DNA of 64,000 nucleotides from assembly GCA_036505355.1 (NCBI GenBank), contig DASXTP010000155.1:3182-67181 (forward strand). Direction: 5' to 3'. A program made the translations under genes and the position numbers. The notes beneath the pieces are model-generated. The model searched no databases. It worked only from the letters and a program-made list of their open reading frames with translations, and had not been told where the DNA came from. This stretch comes from Candidatus Eiseniibacteriota bacterium. Lineage in GTDB: Bacteria; Eisenbacteria; RBG-16-71-46. This document shows positions 1-7,777 of the stretch, piece after piece. The first letter of the stretch is position 1. Every line of letters starts with the position of its first letter.

Positions 1-377
1 GTTTCACCGGGAAAGGATGGACCACGTCGTTCGAGAACGGCCAGGTGGTCCGGATCACCGACGCCGGCTCGGTGGACGATACTTTCCCCGGCTTCGCCGG
101 TCCGATCGGATTGGCGGTGGATCCCCGGCGGGGACGGATCTGGGTCGCCGACGCGCGCGCGAACCAGGTGGTCATCCTCGACCGCGGCGGCAGCGTGGTG
201 TTCCGCACCGGTGGGGTCCCGGAAGTCCACGATCTGGCGGTGGACCTGGAGAGCGGCGAGGCCTGGGCGGTGGCTCCGGGCTCGGGCGAAGTGGTGCGGC
301 TCTCTCCGACCGGCCAGGTGCTGCGCCGGCTCCGCGGGTTCGAGGCACCCTACGGCGTGGCGGTCGATCCGGACTGA
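1..377 (+). CDS. NHL/beta-propeller repeat protein, C-terminal fragment (5' end outside window)
   Basis: Frame 3 is open from the window edge and the stop lies at 375-377. Repeated G-x-AVD / VAD-type blades (GLAVDPRRGRIWVAD, YGVAVDPD) are typical of NHL six-bladed propellers. Confidence 0.55.
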   Translation, partial: FTGKGWTTSFENGQVVRITDAGSVDDTFPGFAGPIGLAVDPRRGRIWVADARANQVVILDRGGSVVFRTGGVPEVHDLAVDLESGEAWAVAPGSGEVVRLSPTGQVLRRLRGFEAPYGVAVDPD

Positions 378-429
378 GGCCGGGGCCCGTCCTCAAGCGC
401 GGGCCACACGGATACGAACGGCTTCTGGG

Positions 430-3276
430 CTAGAAATTGAACCCGATCATGAATTGGGTCCGGGGTCGCGGCGAGAAGTTGATGAAGTCGGTCGTGGTCC
501 AGGCGAAGTTCCAGCGCACCGCCGGGAAGTACACGCCGCCGAAGTACACCGCCGTTCCCACGCTCCCCAGACGGCGCTGGTCACCGATATCCCAAGCCCA
601 CGCCACGTCGGCGAAGCCCGCGGCGCTGATGGTCGGCAGCTCCCACGGCGCGGGCACCGCGAGCGTCAGCCCGCGCAGCAAGGGCAGGCGGAACTCCTGC
701 TGGACCACTACCGTCCGTTGCCCGGAAAGCTCGCGGCGGTCGTAGCCCCTGAGGCTGGTCGCGCCGCCGAGATAGAACCGCTGGGCGTCCTGGCCGAACG
801 TCGATTGGGCCTGAATCCGGGTCGCCGACACCACCACCGGGATGGGCAGCGCGTAGTGGCGCACCTCGCCCAAGAGGGTCGTGAAGTCGCCGGCCCCCGA
901 GGTGAGATCGCGGGTGAAGCCGGCGGATAAGATCCAGCGCGATCCGGCGCTCGGACCGAGCTGGGTCCATCCCGAGTTGTCGTGCACCAGCGACAGGTAA
1001 TGGGACACCAGGTCCACGTCCTGGAAGCTGCCGCTGCGCAGCAAGTGGTCGCTGGCGTGGCGGATCACCACCGAGCCCTCGATCCGCGTGAACTTGCTGA
1101 ACGGATAGCGGGCCAGGCCCAGGATGCCGAACCGCCGCTCGCGGCGCACCGCGTCCAAGTCGGCATCGTAGACCTGGGTCAGGCGGAAGATGCCGAGCCC
1201 GTAGTTGAGGCGCTGACCCTGATTGATGTAGGTGACGCCGCCCTCGAAGCCGTCCCAGAAGTTCCCGAAGCGGTCGGCGTCGTTGGCCAGGAAGAAGTGG
1301 AACTGCTCGTTGCCGAGCACGTCGCTCATCGCGATCTGACCGCCGCCGGCACCGCCGAGCCCGGGGTCGAAGGCGATCCCGTTCTGGATCAGGTCGAGCC
1401 CCAAGCGCCGCTCGTAGGGTCGCCGGGGCCCGGAGTGGTAGACCACCGCGGTTTCGTGTCCGCTCCCGGCGGCCCCGTCGAGGGCCAGCCGCTGGGGCAG
1501 CGAGTCCGACGCCGACGGGGTCTCGAGCTCGGGGCTCAGCGTGTCGGGGTCGAAGGCCATCTGGTAAGCCTGGAACTCGACCCGATCCTGGCCGGTGAAG
1601 AGCAATCCCCGACCGTTCGGGATCCAGTCGGGATCGTAGGCCGGGCCCACCAACCTCGTGACGCGGCGCGCCTCTTGCGATGGCTCGGCCGGCCGCACGT
1701 ACAGGTCGCTGGTGCCGCCGCGAGTCGAGCGGAACGCGATCCAACGCCCGTCGGGCGAATAAACCGGCTGGCGGTCGTCCCCTTGCGCGGGATCGCTGAC
1801 CGGCTCGGGCACGCCTCCCGTCAACGCCAGGCGGAAGATCGCGTACCGGCCGCCGTCGAGTTCGCGGTCCGAAGCAAAGGCGACCCAGCGGCCGTCGGGT
1901 GAGACGTCGGGCTCGAGGTCGTCGTAGTCGTCGTTGGTCAGCCGTTCGAGCCGCACTCGCCCCTCGGGCCAGCTCGCGCGGTAGAGGTCGGACCGGCCGC
2001 CGTAGTCCTGGGCCGAGAACACCACCGCCTGATCCCCGGGAACGATGCTGGGATCGAGGATCGCGACCAGGTGAGGGAATTCGAGCCGCCGCACCACGTG
2101 ACCGGCGCGGTCCACCAGGTAGAGGGCGTCACGGCCCCCGCGCTTGGACGACAACGCCACCATGCCCGAGGCCGACGCATCCGGGCGATTCCGGAACAGG
2201 TGGAACGACTCGAACGAGGGCGATTGTCCGGCGCGCAGTAGCCGCCGCTCCCGGCGACGACCCTTGGACCCGGGTTCGCTCAGCACCAGCTCGACGCCGC
2301 TCTCCCGAGCCGCGAAGTAGCAGAAGCGCACCGTGGTGTCGCTGGCAGACGCCGAGGGCAGCGCCCGCGGACCCAGATTGAAGTGGCCGCGCCGGGTGAG
2401 GCGCTGGCCCCGCTCGGGAGCGGTCTGGGCGTTGGCGATGCTCGGATAGTAGCGACGCTTGAGGTCGGCGAACCATTCCCGGTCCAGTTCCGGCAGCCGT
2501 CGCCCGAAGGTGAGTCGGAACGCGGTCTCGAAGTCGTCGGCCCGGTACCAGTTGTCGAGCAGATCGAACACCTTGTCGGGGCCGCAGTGCTCCGCCAGGT
2601 AGAGCAGGAAAGACTGCCCCTCCTTGTACATCAGCACCGTGCCGAGAATGGGCTCGCTGCGGGTCAGCGGCAGTGCGCGGTTCGAGATCACCGCGTCCCT
2701 CAGCAACCCCTCGGCATCCGCGTCCCAATGGGTGCCGCAGAACTCGGCCAGTCCCTCGATGAACCACAACGGCGGCAGATAGCCTTGAGTGCGGTGATGA
2801 TCCTTCATTACCCGAGCCAGCTTCTCCAGCATGTAGGCATGGGTCAGCTCGTGCCGCGTGACCCACTCGAGACGCGCCCAGGAGCCGTTGTGCGGGATCA
2901 GCACTCGGCCCTTGATCAGCTCCGTGATGCCGCCCACCGACTCCGAGATCAGGCCCGGGGTGGCGTTCGTCTGCTGGAAGAGCTGATGCGCCGAGTAGAG
3001 CAGGATCGGGATCGAGTGCCGGAACTCGAGGCGAAACCGGCGGTCGTACTCCACGCACACGGTTTCCGCCGCCGCCGCCAGCCGCCGCGCCAGACTCTCC
3101 TCCTCCGCGTAGTAGTGGAGGCGGACGTGAGGCGTTTCGAGCACCGCCCAGTGCAGGGGCTCGTACTGCACCTTGTTCTTGCCAAAGCCTTGGGCGAGAA
3201 CCGAAGAGGGGGCGAGCGAGAGCGAGGAGGCGGCGAGGAGGGGGGCCAGAAGCCGCACCGGGCGTAACCACCGCAT
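430..3276 (-). CDS. Outer-membrane protein: peptidase-MA-like (HExxH) N-domain, TolB/PD40 beta-propeller and Omp85/surface-antigen-like barrel
   Basis: Track ORF 430..3318 trimmed to M15, which gives a signal peptide (MRWLRPVRLLAPLLAASS) and has AGGAG 7 nt upstream. HELTH motif, PD40 repeats (SPDGRWVAF, SPDGRWIAF), and a C-terminal barrel ending MIGFNF. Confidence 0.75.
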   Translation of the reverse strand: MRWLRPVRLLAPLLAASSLSLAPSSVLAQGFGKNKVQYEPLHWAVLETPHVRLHYYAEEESLARRLAAAAETVCVEYDRRFRLEFRHSIPILLYSAHQLFQQTNATPGLISESVGGITELIKGRVLIPHNGSWARLEWVTRHELTHAYMLEKLARVMKDHHRTQGYLPPLWFIEGLAEFCGTHWDADAEGLLRDAVISNRALPLTRSEPILGTVLMYKEGQSFLLYLAEHCGPDKVFDLLDNWYRADDFETAFRLTFGRRLPELDREWFADLKRRYYPSIANAQTAPERGQRLTRRGHFNLGPRALPSASASDTTVRFCYFAARESGVELVLSEPGSKGRRRERRLLRAGQSPSFESFHLFRNRPDASASGMVALSSKRGGRDALYLVDRAGHVVRRLEFPHLVAILDPSIVPGDQAVVFSAQDYGGRSDLYRASWPEGRVRLERLTNDDYDDLEPDVSPDGRWVAFASDRELDGGRYAIFRLALTGGVPEPVSDPAQGDDRQPVYSPDGRWIAFRSTRGGTSDLYVRPAEPSQEARRVTRLVGPAYDPDWIPNGRGLLFTGQDRVEFQAYQMAFDPDTLSPELETPSASDSLPQRLALDGAAGSGHETAVVYHSGPRRPYERRLGLDLIQNGIAFDPGLGGAGGGQIAMSDVLGNEQFHFFLANDADRFGNFWDGFEGGVTYINQGQRLNYGLGIFRLTQVYDADLDAVRRERRFGILGLARYPFSKFTRIEGSVVIRHASDHLLRSGSFQDVDLVSHYLSLVHDNSGWTQLGPSAGSRWILSAGFTRDLTSGAGDFTTLLGEVRHYALPIPVVVSATRIQAQSTFGQDAQRFYLGGATSLRGYDRRELSGQRTVVVQQEFRLPLLRGLTLAVPAPWELPTISAAGFADVAWAWDIGDQRRLGSVGTAVYFGGVYFPAVRWNFAWTTTDFINFSPRPRTQFMIGFNF

Positions 3277-3301
3277 GTACGACTCCTGAAATTGAACCAA
3301 T

Positions 3302-4075
3302 CTATCGGACTGCAGCACTCAGAACGTGATCAAGTGTATAGAGCCCCGGCGCGGCGTTCACTACAAATCCTGCGGCGGCGAGTGCTCCGCGCGCGAATGC
3401 CGTGCGGTCCTGGGCGACGTGTCGCAGCTCGATCGACTCTCCCGGCCCGGCGAGGATCACTGTATGGTCGCCGACCCACGAGCCACCGCGCAGCGCGTGC
3501 ACTCCGATCTCGGCCGCCGGGCGTCGCCCCAGGCGGCCCTGCCGCCCATGGCGCAGCGCGCCGGGATCGTAGCCGCGGCATTGGGCCGCCTCGCGGGCCA
3601 ACTGGAGCGCCGTCCCCGACGGACTATCGGCCTTGTCCCGATGGTGCCGCTCGACGATCTCGATGTCCCAATCGGGGATTCCCGGCAGCACCGCCTTGAG
3701 GGCGCCGCGCAGGGCCGCGACCCCCAGGCTGAAGTTGGAGGAGTGCAACACGGCCACCGTGCGTCCCGCCACTCGCATCGCTTCCTCCTGCTCCGCAACC
3801 AGACTGGTCGTCCCGGAGACCAGCGCCGCGCCGACCCCGGCACAGCACCGCGCCGCCTCGACCGCGGCCTCGGGAACGCTGAAATCCACCACCACGTCCC
3901 CGCGCCCGACGAACCGCCCGAGCTCGGTCCCCCAGGCCCGACCGTCTCCTTGGGACCAGGGAGGCAAGACTCGGTCCACACAGCCTTTGATCTTGAACCC
4001 CGGAGCCGCGGCCGCGGTTTCCAGAACCGTCCGGCCCATCCGGCCCGCCGCCCCCTGGAGGACCAGCGAGATCAT
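3302..4075 (-). CDS. dapB: 4-hydroxy-tetrahydrodipicolinate reductase
   Basis: Starts MISLVLQGAAGRMGR (NAD-binding GxxGxxG) and contains the EIVERHHRDKADSPSGTA signature. The start ATG at 4075 overlaps the dapA stop (ATGA). The upstream part of track ORF 3302..4810 was rejected as an out-of-gene extension. Confidence 0.9.
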   Translation of the reverse strand: MISLVLQGAAGRMGRTVLETAAAAPGFKIKGCVDRVLPPWSQGDGRAWGTELGRFVGRGDVVVDFSVPEAAVEAARCCAGVGAALVSGTTSLVAEQEEAMRVAGRTVAVLHSSNFSLGVAALRGALKAVLPGIPDWDIEIVERHHRDKADSPSGTALQLAREAAQCRGYDPGALRHGRQGRLGRRPAAEIGVHALRGGSWVGDHTVILAGPGESIELRHVAQDRTAFARGALAAAGFVVNAAPGLYTLDHVLSAAVR

Positions 4076-4983
4076 GTCCGGGCCGCGGTCGGGACCGCCC
4101 GGGACGAGGTTGCCGGAAGCTCGAGGCCGGCCGCCCGGGCGGCCTCGCGAAGGGTGGCCTCGGTGCCCGGCTCGACCGGCACCAACGGGAGCCGCAACTC
4201 GTTTTGGATCAGCCCCAGCGCGGCCAGCAGCTGCTTGATGGGACCAGGATTCGACTCCACGAACAGCGCCTTGAACATCGGCATCAGCCGTCGATGCAGG
4301 GCTTCGGCCTCCTGTTGCCGGCCCGCTCGGGCCGCGTCGCACAGCTTCCGCATCTCGCCGGGCATCGCGTTGCCAGCCACCGAGACCACCCCCTTGGCCC
4401 CGATCGCGATCATCGGCAGGGTCAACGAGTCGTCCCCGGAAAGCAGCGTCAGCTTGCCCCGGGACCGGATGGCGCCCGCTTGGTCGAGGTTGCCGGAAGC
4501 CTCCTTGACCGCCACCAGGTTCGGCAGGTCCTGCAGCTTCTCGATCGTCTCCGGCAACGTGTTGGTCCCCGTCCGGCTCGGCACGTTGTACAAAATGACC
4601 GGCAGACGAGTGCTGCGAGCCACGGCGCCGAAATGCGCGACCTGTCCGCGCGGGGTCGGACGGTTGTAATACGGGGTCACCAGCATGACCCCGTCGAGCC
4701 TCAGGTCCTCGGCCATCCGGGTTAGGGCGATGCTCTCCGACGTGGAGTTGGTGCCGGTCCCTGCCACCACCGGCACGCGCTTCTTCACTCGATCTCGAAC
4801 GAACCCCCACAGCGTCCGCCGCTCGTCCACGCTGCAGGTGGCGGCCTCGCCGGTGGACCCGGAGACCACCAGGGCCTCGACGCCCCCCGCGAGCATGAAG
4901 TCGACCAGTCGCTCGGTTCCCTCGAGATCGAGGTCCCCGTCGCGGAACGGGGTCACCATGGCTACCGTCAATCCTTCGAACAT
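4072..4983 (-). CDS. dapA: 4-hydroxy-tetrahydrodipicolinate synthase
   Basis: MFEGLTVAMVTPF, GTGTNST and YNVPSRTG motifs. Trimmed to M28 of track ORF 4072..5064. Confidence 0.9.
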   Translation of the reverse strand: MFEGLTVAMVTPFRDGDLDLEGTERLVDFMLAGGVEALVVSGSTGEAATCSVDERRTLWGFVRDRVKKRVPVVAGTGTNSTSESIALTRMAEDLRLDGVMLVTPYYNRPTPRGQVAHFGAVARSTRLPVILYNVPSRTGTNTLPETIEKLQDLPNLVAVKEASGNLDQAGAIRSRGKLTLLSGDDSLTLPMIAIGAKGVVSVAGNAMPGEMRKLCDAARAGRQQEAEALHRRLMPMFKALFVESNPGPIKQLLAALGLIQNELRLPLVPVEPGTEATLREAARAAGLELPATSSRAVPTAART

Positions 4984-5014
4984 CGTCCCTCCTGCCTGGG
5001 TGGGAAAACGGTGC

Positions 5015-5848
5015 TCAGTCTCGTGCCGCGGGAGCCGGGACGGGCCCGGTCCACTCCCCCGCATGGACGGTCTCGGCCGGGCCCATCAGGGTGACCTCGA
5101 CCTGGTCGCCGACCTCGGTCAGCCCGACGCGGAGCTCGTCCCCGCCGGCCGTCATCACCGAGATCGGCGGGCGGTCGCCGTCGGCCATGGATCCCAGCGA
5201 AGCCGCCATGGCCCCGCTTCCGCAGGCCAGGGTCTCGGCCTCGACGCCGCGCTCGTAGGTGCGCAGGGCAATGCGGCCGGGCCCGAGCCGAGCGACGAAA
5301 TCGACGTTGGCGCCCTCGGGGCCAAAGCCTGGATGATGCCGCAAGGCCGGCCCCCACTCCGCCAGCGGTGTCCATTCCACGCGCTCGACCGGCGTGACGA
5401 AATGAGGGACCCCGACGCGGATCAGGCGGCCGACGAAGCTTCGCCCGGCGGCGTCCACCACCACCGGCTCAGCGGACTTGGCCACCCGCCCGAACTGCAG
5501 CTCGATCCCGCCTCCGTCGCTGCCCAAAGCCCGCTTGGGCCCGACCGCGGTGCGGAAGCGGACCTCACCCGAGCGACCCAGGCCAAGCTCCAGGGCGCGA
5601 CGGGCCACACAGCGTGCCCCGTTGCCGCAGAACTCGGCCGGACAGCCGTCGGCGTTGAAGTAGCGCATGGCGAAATCGAGCTCGGAGTCGCGCTCGATCA
5701 GCAGCACGCCATCCGCGCCGATGCCGCGCCGGCGATCGCACAGCCGCTGCATCAGCGGCGTCAGCGGCTCGGGCAAGAAGGGGCGGCGGTGATCGATGAC
5801 GACGAAGTCGTTCGCCGCACCGTGCATCTTGACGAACGGGATCTTCAT
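5015..5848 (-). CDS. dapF: Diaminopimelate epimerase
   Basis: MKIPFVKMHGAANDFVVID start. Two catalytic Cys contexts are present (FNADGCPAEFCGNG, ACGSGA). Confidence 0.9.
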   Translation of the reverse strand: MKIPFVKMHGAANDFVVIDHRRPFLPEPLTPLMQRLCDRRRGIGADGVLLIERDSELDFAMRYFNADGCPAEFCGNGARCVARRALELGLGRSGEVRFRTAVGPKRALGSDGGGIELQFGRVAKSAEPVVVDAAGRSFVGRLIRVGVPHFVTPVERVEWTPLAEWGPALRHHPGFGPEGANVDFVARLGPGRIALRTYERGVEAETLACGSGAMAASLGSMADGDRPPISVMTAGGDELRVGLTEVGDQVEVTLMGPAETVHAGEWTGPVPAPAARD

Positions 5849-5852
5849 AGGC

Positions 5853-6896
5853 CTAGGGAGGCGGAAGCCACTTCAGGACCAGCACCAGGTTCTGCAGATC
5901 CACGGCGGGTTGGAGCACGACGGGGCTGGGCGGGTCGCTCGCGGGCTCGTGGGCGCGCTCCCAGGCGCGGTTCCCGTCGATGTCCCGGTAGGCGCGCAGC
6001 TGCCACTTCCCGGCGGCGAGCTCGATGTCGAACTCGGACCGCTCGTTCACCTCGAAGGCCTGCTTCTGCGTCGAGTCCCCTTGCGCGACCGCCAGGATTC
6101 GGAGCCTGCCCTGGCTGACGTGGAGCGAGTCTAGCACAGTGCCACGCACCCTCCCAGGCGCGTGCGGGTTGACCACCAGGAGCTTGAGACCGCTGCCGAC
6201 CGGCTGCTCCCGGCTCAGGGCGATCGCCGAGTCGGTGGGCGCCAGGATGTCGCTCGCCGGCTCGAACGAGCGGTTGCCGTTGAGGTCGACGAACGCCCAC
6301 AGCCGGTAGCGTCCGGGCACCGGGAGACCGACTACGCGGAAGCGTCCGTCGTCGTCCACCAGGCCCAGCGCGTCGAAGTCACGCGCCGTGCTGTCGGGCT
6401 CGTGACCTCGGGCGGCGTCGTAGCACCACAGGTAGGTGCCGGCCGGCTTGAATCCCCGGGCGTCGATCTCCCCTTCCAGGATCCCGGCCGGCAGCGAGTC
6501 GGCGGTGGAGAAGACCACGCTGGCACTTCGCGCCAAGGCGTTGCCGTGGCGATCGCGCGCGCCGTTGCCGACGAACACCGTATAGGTCTGATCCGCGCGC
6601 AGCGACTCGGCCAGCACCAGCGTCACGGTGTGCCCGCGCCAACGCTGCTGGCCGATGTCGACCCGGGGCGCCAACGCGATGGCGTCGCCGGTGGAGCGCG
6701 GTTCCATGCCCTCGCTGAAGGTGAGCGTCGGCCGCACGTCGCGCGCGACCCGCGCGACTCCCGAATCCGGCGTCGAGGCGATCAGGCGGGGCGGCTCGAG
6801 GTCGGGAGGCCCCCCCGAAGGAGGCCCCTTCTTGCCGCAGCTTCCGGCCATCAGGGTCGCGAGCAAGAGGGCCGACGTGGCGGCCGCCCGCTTCAT
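5853..6896 (-). CDS. Lipoprotein with SbsA/Big_5-like Ig domain
   Basis: Trimmed to MKRAAATSALLLATLMAGSCG (lipobox-like). The region TLTFSEGM...YTVFVGNGARDRHGNAL resembles bacterial Ig-like domains. The rest of track ORF 5853..7547 overlaps xerC out of frame. Confidence 0.6.
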   Translation of the reverse strand: MKRAAATSALLLATLMAGSCGKKGPPSGGPPDLEPPRLIASTPDSGVARVARDVRPTLTFSEGMEPRSTGDAIALAPRVDIGQQRWRGHTVTLVLAESLRADQTYTVFVGNGARDRHGNALARSASVVFSTADSLPAGILEGEIDARGFKPAGTYLWCYDAARGHEPDSTARDFDALGLVDDDGRFRVVGLPVPGRYRLWAFVDLNGNRSFEPASDILAPTDSAIALSREQPVGSGLKLLVVNPHAPGRVRGTVLDSLHVSQGRLRILAVAQGDSTQKQAFEVNERSEFDIELAAGKWQLRAYRDIDGNRAWERAHEPASDPPSPVVLQPAVDLQNLVLVLKWLPPP

Positions 6897-7777
6897 GCCC
6901 GCGGATGCGCCATTTGGTAGGCCTTGCGCAGGCGACTCGGGGACACGTGGGTGTAGATCTGCGTGCTGGCCAGCGAGCGATGCCCCAGCAGCTCCTGGAT
7001 CGCGCGCAGGTCGGCGCCGCGATCCAGCAGGTGGCTGGCGAACGAGTGGCGGAGCGCGTGCGGCGTCACCCCGAGCCCGCCGGCGATCTCGCCCAGTCGA
7101 CGGCGGACGACGCGCTGCACGGTGCGTCCCGAAAGCCTGGATCCCCGGGGGTTCACGAACACCGCGGCGTCCGCCCGTTCTCCGGCTCGCCCCGGGAGCG
7201 CGAGGTAGCGCCGCAGCGCCGCCAGCGCACTGCGGCCGACCGGCACGATGCGTTCCCGCCGGCCCTTGCCCCGGACCCGCACCAGCGATCCCGCGGCATC
7301 GACGTCCCCTCGGTTCAGGCCGACCAGCTCGGAGAGCCGCAGCCCGGAGGAGTACAGGAGCTCGAGCAGCGCCCGGTCGCGCTGCGCCGACACACCGTCG
7401 GCAGCGATCCGGTCCAGGGCGCGGATCAGATCGCCGGCGGGCAGGGTCCGCGGCAGACGCCGCGGCAGGCGCGGAAAGGCCAGGGCTCTCGCCACGTCCT
7501 CGGCAATCACCCCGCGGCGCACACAGAAGCGCGAAAAGCTGCGCCATGCCGCCAGCGCCCGCGCCACGCTGGCCGCGGCGTGCCGCGATCGGTGCAGCTC
7601 CCGCACCGCGCGCTCGAGCAACCCGCGGTCCCAGGCAGCAGGCTTGACCGGCCGACCCGGTCCGGCCGCCAGGTCGAGCACGCGGGCGATATCGCGACGG
7701 TAGGCCGCCAGCGTGTGAGGCGAGGCGCGGCGCTGGGCGGACAGTTCGGTCAGGAACCGCTCCAGCGCCTCACGCAC
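6893..7777 (-). CDS. xerC: Tyrosine recombinase XerC/XerD family
   Basis: N-terminal SAM-like domain followed by the catalytic region HALRHSFASHLL...LLGHRSLASTQIYTHV. GTG start. Confidence 0.85.
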   Translation of the reverse strand: MREALERFLTELSAQRRASPHTLAAYRRDIARVLDLAAGPGRPVKPAAWDRGLLERAVRELHRSRHAAASVARALAAWRSFSRFCVRRGVIAEDVARALAFPRLPRRLPRTLPAGDLIRALDRIAADGVSAQRDRALLELLYSSGLRLSELVGLNRGDVDAAGSLVRVRGKGRRERIVPVGRSALAALRRYLALPGRAGERADAAVFVNPRGSRLSGRTVQRVVRRRLGEIAGGLGVTPHALRHSFASHLLDRGADLRAIQELLGHRSLASTQIYTHVSPSRLRKAYQMAHPRA

